In this document: positions 30,500 to 39,885 of the stretch, one piece after another
Position numbering within the stretch: position 1 is the stretch's first letter
How the letters are laid out: the number at the start of each line of letters is the position of its first letter
Source of the DNA: an uncultured cyanobacterium
Lineage (GTDB): Bacteria; Cyanobacteriota; Cyanobacteriia; Pseudanabaenales; Pseudanabaenaceae
DNA: 64,000 bases
Direction of reading: 5' to 3'
Assembly: GCA_963703315.1 (NCBI GenBank)
Contig: OY969811.1
Location: forward strand, 2,912,001 to 2,976,000
The notes under the pieces: generated by a model
The model's input: the letters and a program-made list of their open reading frames with translations, nothing else
What the model was told of the DNA's origin: nothing
Databases searched by the model: none
Made by a program: the position numbers and the translations under genes

Positions 30500-33085
30500 A
30501 TGATTGCTATCAAAACACTTAAGTCCAATTGGGAAAAATTACCTCGTAGAATTCAACAATGGGGCGGCTTTTTTCTGTCTAGTGGCAGTATCTACTTATT
30601 AGTATTTGGGCTGCGTTGGTTAGGTTGGTTACAGCCGATGGAATGGGCGGCTTTTGACCTATTTATTCAGCTTCGACCTGAAGAGCCTGTTGATCAACGA
30701 GTGATCATTGTTGGTGTCAAAGAGTCAGACATTCGTTATTTGGGTAGGTGGCCCGTATCTGACCGCATTCTTGCCAAAGTTTTGCTTAAAATTCGTGACC
30801 AACAACCGAAAGTGATTGGGCTGGACTTATATCGAGATATTCCCGTTGATGATGGCTACAAAGAATTAGAGCAGGTATTTAAAACTACACCTAATCTCAT
30901 TGGTATCGAAAAAAGTATTGGCGATCGCTTTGATAGTGTGATTGCACCACCGCCTGCTTTAAAAGTACTGGGACAGGTATCTGCAAATGATGTAATTATT
31001 GATCCTGATGGCAGATTGCGACGGGCTTTACTCTATCCATTGCCTGAAGGTAATGAGGGTTTAGCAAGTCTTGGCTTGGAAATAGCCCTAAGATATCTCA
31101 AAGATAAGGGCATAGAACCGAAATCTTCAGCTTCTGGCAATTTACAGCTTGGCAATACCATTTTTAAGCCGATCGAAAGTACTGATGGCGGCTATATTAA
31201 CGCGGATGCAGGGGGATATCAAATCTTGATGAACTATCACGGTTCTTCAGACAAGTTTCGGCATATTTCCCTTGAAGATCTACTAGAGAATCGCATTGAT
31301 CCCAATTTAATGCGCGATCGCATTGTGTTAATTGGCGTTCAGGCAGTTAGTCTTAATGATGTTTTTTACACACCCTACAGTAGTAATTTCATCACTTCCC
31401 CAACGCGAATGTCGGGAGTTGAGGTGCAAGCAAATATCATTAAATCAGTCTTAGGGGCAGTTCTTGATAATCGACCACTTTTCAAAGTCTGGACAGATCT
31501 ATGGGAAGAGATCTGGATTGCTTGCTGGGCGATCGCTGGGGCGGCAATTATTAGCATATTTGCGACTAGACGCTTAATTTTGATTGGCGTGATTATTGGT
31601 GGAGCAATTCTCCTGAGCGGTAGTACTTATGCTCTCTTTCTAGGAGGATGGTGGATACCCTTAGCACCCTGTTTAGTGACTTATATCGGCTCAATCTTGG
31701 TAATGCAGAGCTATACCTATGTCTCACAACTACGCGAATTAAACTCAGCGCTTTCAGATTCGGTGGAAATGCTAGCCCATGATGCTTCCCATGATGCCTT
31801 GACAGGTTTACCAAATCGCAATCTCTTTATGGATCGCGTAGAACACGCAATTAAATATAGTAAACGTCATCCTAGTTATCTATTTGCGATCTTTTTTATT
31901 GACTTAGATCGCTTCAAGATGATTAATGACAGTCTGGGACATCATATTGGTGACTTGTTCTTACAGGCGATCGCGCAGGTTTTACAGGATTGTTTACGTT
32001 CAATTGATACGATTGCGCGACTTGGTGGTGATGAGTTTACAATTCTCGTGGATGACATTCAAGATGCGGGTGAAGCTCTCGTAGTTGCGAATCGGATTCT
32101 CAACAAATTTCTCTCACCAGTAATTATTAAAGGAGAAGCAATTTTTCCGAGTGCTAGTATCGGGATTGTGATTAGTACTCCTGATTACGATAATTGTATG
32201 GATTTGCTCAGGGATGCTGATATCGCCATGTATCGCGCCAAAGCTTTAGGTAAAGGGCGCTATACTCTCTTCGATCAAGAGATGTATGAGCAAACACTAA
32301 GGTTGACGCAGTTGGAGAGTGAACTCCACTATGCGCTAGAACATCAAGAATTTGAGCTTTATTATCAACCAATTGTCTCTCTAGAAACTGAAAAACTATC
32401 TGGATTTGAAGCCTTAATTCGTTGGAAAAATCCCAAACGTGGTTTTATTTCTCCCATCGAGTTTATCCCCCTCGCTGAAGATACAGGATTGATTATTGCT
32501 GTTGGTGATTGGGTCTTAAAGGAAGCTTGTCATCAATTACAGCAATGGCTACAGCAATTCCCTGAAGCTGCTGGTTTGAAGATGAGTATCAATCTCGCTA
32601 GTCATCAAATTCGTGAACCAGATCTATTAGATAAATTAGACAAAATTCTTGAAAAGACTGGTATTGATGGCAATTCCATCCGTTTAGAAATTACAGAAAG
32701 CACCTTAATGGATCAAGGTGAAGAAACGATTAAGAAGCTTTCGCAATTAAGAGCGCGGAATATTCAATTGAGTATTGATGATTTTGGACAAGGCTATTCT
32801 TCCCTTAGTTATTTACATCGATTTCCCATTAATATTCTCAAAATTGATCGCGCCTTTGTCAATCAGATGAGTGATGGTGGTGAGAATATCGAAATTGTGC
32901 GGACGATTACGATGTTGGCGCATACTTTAAACATGAGTGTGGTTGCTGAAGGTGTAGAAACACTCCAGCAAGCCGAAATCTTAAAACAGTTAGGTTGTGA
33001 GTTTGGTCAAGGTTATCTCTTTTCTAGACCTTTAACTGCTGCCGATGCAGAAATGGCGATCGCCAAAAGTATAGCGCAAGAATAG
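30500..33085 (+). CDS. CHASE2-GGDEF-EAL c-di-GMP signalling protein
   Basis: CHASE2 (WP.SD, IGLDLYRD, DPDG..RR, GVEVQA), three TMs, RLGGDEF, FEALIRW and IDDFGQGYSSL. Confidence 0.95.
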   Translation: MIAIKTLKSNWEKLPRRIQQWGGFFLSSGSIYLLVFGLRWLGWLQPMEWAAFDLFIQLRPEEPVDQRVIIVGVKESDIRYLGRWPVSDRILAKVLLKIRDQQPKVIGLDLYRDIPVDDGYKELEQVFKTTPNLIGIEKSIGDRFDSVIAPPPALKVLGQVSANDVIIDPDGRLRRALLYPLPEGNEGLASLGLEIALRYLKDKGIEPKSSASGNLQLGNTIFKPIESTDGGYINADAGGYQILMNYHGSSDKFRHISLEDLLENRIDPNLMRDRIVLIGVQAVSLNDVFYTPYSSNFITSPTRMSGVEVQANIIKSVLGAVLDNRPLFKVWTDLWEEIWIACWAIAGAAIISIFATRRLILIGVIIGGAILLSGSTYALFLGGWWIPLAPCLVTYIGSILVMQSYTYVSQLRELNSALSDSVEMLAHDASHDALTGLPNRNLFMDRVEHAIKYSKRHPSYLFAIFFIDLDRFKMINDSLGHHIGDLFLQAIAQVLQDCLRSIDTIARLGGDEFTILVDDIQDAGEALVVANRILNKFLSPVIIKGEAIFPSASIGIVISTPDYDNCMDLLRDADIAMYRAKALGKGRYTLFDQEMYEQTLRLTQLESELHYALEHQEFELYYQPIVSLETEKLSGFEALIRWKNPKRGFISPIEFIPLAEDTGLIIAVGDWVLKEACHQLQQWLQQFPEAAGLKMSINLASHQIREPDLLDKLDKILEKTGIDGNSIRLEITESTLMDQGEETIKKLSQLRARNIQLSIDDFGQGYSSLSYLHRFPINILKIDRAFVNQMSDGGENIEIVRTITMLAHTLNMSVVAEGVETLQQAEILKQLGCEFGQGYLFSRPLTAADAEMAIAKSIAQE

Positions 33086-33128
33086 TTAAGAATGGTGGCG
33101 CTTTGCGCCACCATTCTTAACTATTGGA

Positions 33129-33268
33129 ATTAGCAAAAGTTATACTAAGTAGCTAGGCATAAGTAAACTTAAAACCTAGAAGCTTGTGCCGCCCGCTACG
33201 CGGGCGGCACAAGCTCTGGTTTTGGGTTTTAACTGTGCTGAGCTACTTAGTATTACTTTTGCTAATCC
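33129..33268. repeat. Nested palindromic element
   Basis: Outer IR ttagcaaaagt..tactaagtagct / agctacttagta..acttttgctaa; inner agcttgtgccgcccgc hairpin. Confidence 0.75.
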
Positions 33269-33283
33269 TGATATAGAAGATTT

Positions 33284-34513
33284 ATGCATTACCAGCCAAA
33301 AACAATCAAGATTTTACGCTATCCATTTAGCCTCGTAATTAGCGCGATCGCTCTGATATCAGGAAGTTGCACTGTCATAGAACCTAGCCTGAAATCGCCA
33401 GTTGCTCAACCGACAGCATCAGCGATCGCTACGAATAATACAATTAATAAAGAACGTAATCCGACTGGTTTTAAACAAATTACATTAGTCAAAGATTTAG
33501 AAAGACCTTGGGGAATGGCTTGGTTGCCTGATGGCGCGATTCTGATTACTGAACGAGTTGGCAGAGTCAAAATCTTGCGAAATGGATTACTAGAGGAAAT
33601 TGCGATCGCGAATATTCCAAATCTATTCATATCTGGACAAGCAGGTTTGCTGGATATCTCGTTACATCCACGCTTTGACCAAAATAATCTGGTCTATCTT
33701 ACTTACTCTTCTGGAAACCTCCAATCTAACTACACCAGTGTTTTACGAGCCAAATTTGATGGCAAAGCTTTGGTTGAGCCGCAAGTGATTTTTGAAGTTA
33801 AGCCATCAAAGTCAGGAAATCAGCATTTTGGTTCGCGGATCGCTTGGCTGCCTGATCAAACAATGCTGGTGGCGATCGGTGATGGGGGAAATCCACCTTT
33901 AGCATTAAATGGTGAACTAATTCGCAATCAAGCCCAAAAGTTAGATAGTCAGCTTGGCAAAATTCTCCGCATCAAAGATGATGGCTCCATTCCCTCTGAT
34001 AATCCCTTTGTAAAAAACTCTAGCGCTAATCCTGCAATCTGGAGTTATGGACATCGCAATATTCAGGGGTTATTTGCTGATCCCTTATCGCAGCAAGTCT
34101 GGGCAACAGAGCATGGTGCAAGGGGTGGGGATGAATTAAACCTCATCGAAGCTGGCAAAAACTATGGCTGGCCAGTTGTCAGTTTTAGTCAAGAATATAT
34201 TGGTGGCAAGGTTTCCACCGAAACATCTCGTCCTGATATGGTCGATCCCAAATTGGTATGGACTCCTTCGGTCGCACCGTCAGGACTAATGATATATCGT
34301 GGCGATCGCTTTCCAGAGTGGAAAGGCAATCTCTTTGCAGGAGCCTTAGTATCGAAGGAAGTTGTTCGCATCAAAATAGAAGCAAATAAAACCGTAATTC
34401 AAGAAAATATTCCCATTGGGCAAAGGGTACGTGATGTAAGGCAAGGGAAAGATGGATTTATTTATATTCTGACCGATGAACAAGCGGGGCAATTGATTCG
34501 ACTAGAGCCATAA
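33284..34513 (+). CDS. PQQ-dependent sugar dehydrogenase (GSDH family), probable lipoprotein
   Basis: PWGMAWLPDG, HFGSR, GHRNIQG and NYGWP; lipobox-like ISGSC. Confidence 0.92.
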   Translation: MHYQPKTIKILRYPFSLVISAIALISGSCTVIEPSLKSPVAQPTASAIATNNTINKERNPTGFKQITLVKDLERPWGMAWLPDGAILITERVGRVKILRNGLLEEIAIANIPNLFISGQAGLLDISLHPRFDQNNLVYLTYSSGNLQSNYTSVLRAKFDGKALVEPQVIFEVKPSKSGNQHFGSRIAWLPDQTMLVAIGDGGNPPLALNGELIRNQAQKLDSQLGKILRIKDDGSIPSDNPFVKNSSANPAIWSYGHRNIQGLFADPLSQQVWATEHGARGGDELNLIEAGKNYGWPVVSFSQEYIGGKVSTETSRPDMVDPKLVWTPSVAPSGLMIYRGDRFPEWKGNLFAGALVSKEVVRIKIEANKTVIQENIPIGQRVRDVRQGKDGFIYILTDEQAGQLIRLEP

Positions 34514-34564
34514 GTCATCCAAGAGAATTGCGGCGCTTTGCGTCGCAATTTTCTTGGGGATCTC

Positions 34565-35521
34565 CTAACTAGTTTGCTTGTAGCCTAGTTTTAAGAAAAT
34601 ATTTTCGAGAGTATCTTGAGTGCGATGGAAGTTAGAAATGGGAATTTCGGCTTCAATGAGAGATTTTAGTAATGTCGCGCAGTCTTCAATACTACCCAAA
34701 AACTGTACCCGCACGCTGGACACCCCCGATAGAACTTCTATCTCTTGGACTAGGGGCGATCGCCTTAATACAGTTTGCAAATCTTCGAGATTGCCTAAAG
34801 TTGAGATTAATAACTGTTGTTGATCCTGATTGCTGCGATCGTAAAGCTCTTGTAGACGCGAACTCTCAACTAGCCGACCTAGCTCCATAATACCGATGGA
34901 TGTACAGATTTCCGCCAGATCGCTCAAGATATGCGATGAAATCAGAATTGTCATCCCCTGTTGTTGCAGAGATTTAATAATATTGCGAACCTGCACCCGC
35001 GCAAGGGGATCGAGTCCTGATACGGGTTCGTCCAGCAATAGTAAGGTCGGGTTATGAATAATGCTGCGAGCAAGGCTAAGACGTTGTTTCATCCCGCGTG
35101 ACAGTGTGGCAATTACTTCATTCTTTTTCTGTTGTAATTCCACTAGCTCAATTACTTCATCCAATCTTTGCGATCGCTGTGGATCTCGCAAAAAGTATAG
35201 ACGTGCAAAATAATCAAGATAATCCCAAACGGTTAAGTCATCGTAAAGGGGAAAGTCATCAGGTAAATAGCCCAGTTGTCGCTTTAGTTCAGGATTATTG
35301 TGACCTCGTAAAAACCGCGCTCCATTAATATAAATCTCGCCTGCGGTAGGTTCTTCGGCAGCCGCTAACATCCGAATCAAGGTAGTTTTGCCAGCACCAT
35401 TAGGACCAATCAGTCCATAAACTTCACCGCGATCGATCTGCAAGTCGAGATGATTAACGGCAACATGATTATCAAACTGTTTTGTCAATCGGTGAGTGCG
35501 AACCGTCGGTACTACTGTCAT
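34565..35521 (-). CDS. ABC transporter ATP-binding protein
   Basis: GPNGAGKT, LSRGMKQR and LLLDEP. Confidence 0.95.
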   Translation of the reverse strand: MTVVPTVRTHRLTKQFDNHVAVNHLDLQIDRGEVYGLIGPNGAGKTTLIRMLAAAEEPTAGEIYINGARFLRGHNNPELKRQLGYLPDDFPLYDDLTVWDYLDYFARLYFLRDPQRSQRLDEVIELVELQQKKNEVIATLSRGMKQRLSLARSIIHNPTLLLLDEPVSGLDPLARVQVRNIIKSLQQQGMTILISSHILSDLAEICTSIGIMELGRLVESSRLQELYDRSNQDQQQLLISTLGNLEDLQTVLRRSPLVQEIEVLSGVSSVRVQFLGSIEDCATLLKSLIEAEIPISNFHRTQDTLENIFLKLGYKQTS

Positions 35522-35624
35522 GAGATTGATCTAAAAGTTACAGCTATGTTAACCTTCACCTTGCAAATTGTGAAGATATTGCCAACACAACTTTAAATCT
35601 GACTCTACGTAACCACAACCCTAT

Positions 35625-37532
35625 TTATACATCTCCTTGTCGATAGCGATCGATCAAATTTGGTAAATGGTCAAAACCATCAACACCAATGATTGGGATT
35701 AATTGCGATCGCTGTTGTTGTAAAAGAGCAGCGAATTTCTCTGCCCCCAACTTTCCTTGCAAAATCACCACCAACGCTGCTGACTGTTGCCATGCTTTGC
35801 TATGTCGCTGTTCGAGCAGATACATCCCCAAACTCGCGTGATAGGTGGCTAGTTCTAATTGATTGAGTTGATAAAATGCTTCTCCAAGATAGGCATGACT
35901 AAGAGCTTGTAAATCGCGATCGCCGATTTGTTGAGTGATGCCAAGTCCTTTCTCTAGGGCAATCTGTGCTTGACTGGGCTGTGCGATCGCAATATAAGCC
36001 GTACCAAGTCCCACCCAACACAGTGCTTGATTTTGGAGATCATTCAGTTTCTCTGATAGCTTTTGTCCACGTTCCAAATGGTTGATCGGAGTTTCCAATT
36101 CTTCGGGAGTAATCGATTCCTGTTGTCGAGCTAGCATTACTTCGCTATAACCGAGATTTGCCAGAGCATTAGCTTCCCCTTGTCGATCGCCATGTTGTCG
36201 CGCTAAAATCACGGCTCTCTGAGCTTGTGATTCACTAGTATTAAAATCTTTTTGAATGAGACTAATCCGACTGAGGTGATTGAGATTGGCAATTTCGCAT
36301 TTTTGATCACCGACTTCACGGGCAAGATTGAGCGCTTCTTGATGCAGGGTGATCGCCTGATTGTGATGTCCCATCCAAGCTTGGGAATAACCTAAAACCG
36401 TGAGAATGCGTGCTTTTTCCTGAGTATTCTCTGATTCTTTGAGAGGCTGATCGAGATAGTTAATCGTTTCGCGGAAACTTTCACCAGAAAAGGAAGCAAA
36501 AACACCACCATAGAGCGGAAAGTTTTCGCGTTGGGCAAAGCTTCTCAATGTCTGTAAACTTAGTCGGAAGCAAATCTTGGCAAGATATTGGCGATCGCCT
36601 TCTGCTAATTGGGATGCATTGGAAGATACATTGGAGAAGCCACTACTGAGTTCTCCCCAAATCATCGCAAAGGCAATAAAGGTCACGCCTGTCAGATGTA
36701 ATCCTGCTTTAGCATCATAGGGTTGCTGATCAAACCAATGCACTAAGCCATTTTGTAAATATTGCAATAGGATCACTAGCTCAACCCAAGCACTGATATC
36801 AATGCTGAGTTGGGATTGGGCGATCGCTGCTGCCGATTGATTGAGCGCTTGTCCTGCAAAAAGATCGCGGGGTAGAGGACTAGTAATCTGTTGTGACCAA
36901 ATATGCCAAGGACCTGTTACTTTGGTGCGTTCAAATCCCACCTGTCGCTGTGGTTCATAAAGCCAACTAACGAGAGAACCTTCCAAAAGGTCAAAGGATG
37001 CTAAGCCGCGAGTCAGTCCATTGGCAAACTGACGTAATGTAAATGCTTCCGTATCATCGGGCAGACTTTGGGCAGATTGTTGTAATAATTGGGAAAGAAG
37101 TTGAATATGTTGACGTTCAAAAACGGGCGTATGATTGGGGTCAAGAACTTGGATCAAAGTGGATAAGCGATCTTGCGGTTCCGCATTCAGGATCGTCTGT
37201 AAACCTCTAGTGCAAGCATCTTGAAGTTGGTAGTTTTTTTGCCACTGTTCCCATGCATCCTTGAGAATCTTCATAGCGCGAAGTTTTTGAGTAGCTTTTG
37301 CCCTTTTCACTTCATCGGTTTGAGCATCAAAATTTGCTTGAAGCACATCAGCTTGTTCGGCGACGGCTCTCTCAAATATTTCCCCTGTGCCAGCTTCAAG
37401 ACTTTCGCTCAGAATGCGATAGACGTGTTCTTTGGAAAGCAACTTGCCATTTTCTATATTAAGAATTATGCGCTCAACAAAAATAATGTAGCGATCGCGA
37501 GTTGTTAGAGGTTTGTTGGCAGAATCTGTCAT
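35625..37532 (-). CDS. Tetratricopeptide repeat protein
   Basis: C-terminal TPRs (AREVGDQKCE, GDRQGEANALANLG). Confidence 0.85.
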   Translation of the reverse strand: MTDSANKPLTTRDRYIIFVERIILNIENGKLLSKEHVYRILSESLEAGTGEIFERAVAEQADVLQANFDAQTDEVKRAKATQKLRAMKILKDAWEQWQKNYQLQDACTRGLQTILNAEPQDRLSTLIQVLDPNHTPVFERQHIQLLSQLLQQSAQSLPDDTEAFTLRQFANGLTRGLASFDLLEGSLVSWLYEPQRQVGFERTKVTGPWHIWSQQITSPLPRDLFAGQALNQSAAAIAQSQLSIDISAWVELVILLQYLQNGLVHWFDQQPYDAKAGLHLTGVTFIAFAMIWGELSSGFSNVSSNASQLAEGDRQYLAKICFRLSLQTLRSFAQRENFPLYGGVFASFSGESFRETINYLDQPLKESENTQEKARILTVLGYSQAWMGHHNQAITLHQEALNLAREVGDQKCEIANLNHLSRISLIQKDFNTSESQAQRAVILARQHGDRQGEANALANLGYSEVMLARQQESITPEELETPINHLERGQKLSEKLNDLQNQALCWVGLGTAYIAIAQPSQAQIALEKGLGITQQIGDRDLQALSHAYLGEAFYQLNQLELATYHASLGMYLLEQRHSKAWQQSAALVVILQGKLGAEKFAALLQQQRSQLIPIIGVDGFDHLPNLIDRYRQGDV

Positions 37533-37601
37533 ATAGATTTTATTTCTAGCTAATCAGTACAGGGCAAAAAGTTGCTTACAAAGGTCTTGAAACACTGCAT
37601 T

Positions 37602-38273
37602 TCACTCTAGCAGATCAGGGCGGCGTTGCTTAGTACGCAGGATTTGTTGTTCTTTTCTCCATTCTGCAATCAATTTATGATTACCCGATCGCAATACTTC
37701 AGGAACTTCCCAACCACGAAACACAGGAGGGCGAGTATATTGCGGATAATCTAACAATCCATCTTCAAAACTCTCAAACTTGAGCGAATCTTCCTTCCCA
37801 ACTGTCCCCGGTCTGAGGCGAACAACTCCATTAATTAATGCCAGTGCAGGAATCTCTCCACAGGTCAATACAAAATCACCAAGAGAAACTTCGCGAGTGA
37901 CTAAATGTTCGCATACTCGTTCATCAACGCCCTCATAGCTTCCACAAATGAGAACTAGCTGATCATAATTAGCGAGTTCCTTAAACATTTCCTGCTTCAT
38001 TGGCTCACCCTGCGGCGTTAAGTAAATTATTTCGCGCTTGGACAAGCTAGGTAATGATTCCACCGCCGCAAAAATAGGGTCAGGCTTCATTAACATTCCC
38101 ACACCGCCGCCGTAGGGTTCATCGTCTACGCGATGGTGCTTATCGGTAGTGAAATCTCTAGGATTGGTCAGATAGACGCTAGCAATTTGATTGGCGATCG
38201 CCTTACCTAGCAAACTGGTCTGCAATGGCGAAGTAAAAAATTCAGGAAAGAGAGTGACAATATCTATACGCAT
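37602..38273 (-). CDS. trmD: tRNA (guanine37-N1)-methyltransferase
   Basis: VDDEPYGGG, YEGVDER, SLGDFVL and YPQYTRP. Confidence 0.97.
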   Translation of the reverse strand: MRIDIVTLFPEFFTSPLQTSLLGKAIANQIASVYLTNPRDFTTDKHHRVDDEPYGGGVGMLMKPDPIFAAVESLPSLSKREIIYLTPQGEPMKQEMFKELANYDQLVLICGSYEGVDERVCEHLVTREVSLGDFVLTCGEIPALALINGVVRLRPGTVGKEDSLKFESFEDGLLDYPQYTRPPVFRGWEVPEVLRSGNHKLIAEWRKEQQILRTKQRRPDLLE

Positions 38274-38355
38274 AAATAAATTTTACCCGAACCAATGCTA
38301 TTTTTTGAAAGACTCACTGAGTGAGCTTTTCAAAAAATAGCATTGGTATATTTGG

Positions 38356-39606
38356 ATGTTAACTGTCTCTGAAGTCGAAAAAATAATTTTAGATTTAGTA
38401 AAACCTTTTAATCCTGAAATTGATAGTGAAATCTTGCCATTGTCGCAAGCGCTAAACCAAATTTTGGCAGAGGATATCCAAAGCGCCCTAGACTTTCCCC
38501 ATTGGGATAATTCAGCAATGGATGGCTATGCTCTGCGTTATGCCGATTTAGAAGATTTGCCAGATTTACAGTTAGCGATCGCTACCGACGAAATTCCCGC
38601 AGGTACAGCGATCGCTCCTCCCTTAGCTAAAGGTGAATGTATTCGCATCTTTACGGGCGGAATGCTGCCCATTGGCGCAGATACGGTGATTATGCAAGAA
38701 GATACTGAACGGATTGGTGATTTTCTACAACTTAAAGTCAAACCCATGCAAGGTGAATATGTGCGCCGCAAAGGTGAATTTATCAAGGCAGGGACAACTC
38801 TGGTTAAAGCAGGAGCTAAATTAGGAGCAACCGAAATTGGTGCAATCGCCTCTGCAAACTGTCAACAGGTCAAAGTGTATCGTCAACCTAAAATTGCCAT
38901 TATTTCTACGGGCAGTGAACTGGTGAGTCTCGGCTCTCAAGCACTTCAGTTAGGACAGATTATTGATTCTAATTTATATGCTTTGTCAGCCTTAGTAACC
39001 CAAGCTGGTGCGATCGCCATTCCCTATGGCTCAGTTCGCGATAATCAAAATGAACTAGAAGCAATCATTCAAAAAGCGATCGCCACAGCCGATATGGTTA
39101 TCTCTACAGGCGGCGTTTCCGTTGGTGATTATGATTATGTGGATGAAATATTGGAAAAGATCGGAGCGAATATCTATGTGCGCTCAGTGGCGATTAAACC
39201 GGGAAAACCTTTAACCGTAGCTTCCCTCACACGCACTCTTAAAGTGAATAAAAGTGAGGATAAAGTTCTCTATTTCGGAGTTCCCGGTAATCCCGTTTCG
39301 GCAATGATGAGCTTTTGGCGATTTATGCGTGGGGCGATCGCCAAATTAAATGGAACTAACGAAACTTGCTGGTATCCCGAATTTATCCAAGCAATGACTA
39401 CAGAGGATTTACATTCGCAAGGCAGACGCGAAACCTATCTGTGGGGAAGGTTAAGCTATCAAAAAGGGAAACCGATTTTTCAACCTGTGAGTAATTATAG
39501 TTCTGGAAATTTGATGAGTGCGATCGGTGCAAATGCCCTCGCTGTAATGCGTGTCAACCAAAGCTATCTGCCTGCGGGAGACCAAGCGATCGTCATGCTC
39601 ATTTAA
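38356..39606 (+). CDS. moeA: Molybdopterin molybdotransferase
   Basis: SAMDGYA, STGSEL, GGVSVGDYD, KPGKP and PGNPVS. Confidence 0.96.
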   Translation: MLTVSEVEKIILDLVKPFNPEIDSEILPLSQALNQILAEDIQSALDFPHWDNSAMDGYALRYADLEDLPDLQLAIATDEIPAGTAIAPPLAKGECIRIFTGGMLPIGADTVIMQEDTERIGDFLQLKVKPMQGEYVRRKGEFIKAGTTLVKAGAKLGATEIGAIASANCQQVKVYRQPKIAIISTGSELVSLGSQALQLGQIIDSNLYALSALVTQAGAIAIPYGSVRDNQNELEAIIQKAIATADMVISTGGVSVGDYDYVDEILEKIGANIYVRSVAIKPGKPLTVASLTRTLKVNKSEDKVLYFGVPGNPVSAMMSFWRFMRGAIAKLNGTNETCWYPEFIQAMTTEDLHSQGRRETYLWGRLSYQKGKPIFQPVSNYSSGNLMSAIGANALAVMRVNQSYLPAGDQAIVMLI

Positions 39607-39885
39607 AGAATTTAGAGTGGCGGCGCAAAGCGCCGCCACTCTAAATTCTTTAAATGAGATTTGGTATAACTTATATATAACTATACAATTTGAAAAGTTA
39701 TAGACAATGTTTACTAGTCTTACACTAAACTAGTTAAGGCTGCGAGAGAAGAAATAGAATCAATCTGTTTCCATCAATCTGTGTGCAATTGACAACTATC
39801 GGTATCAAGCACATGTATGCAAAATTCTCATCTTATGTGTTGGGCATATTTTCTAGCCGCTTACATCATTGAGGATGTTTGTCGT

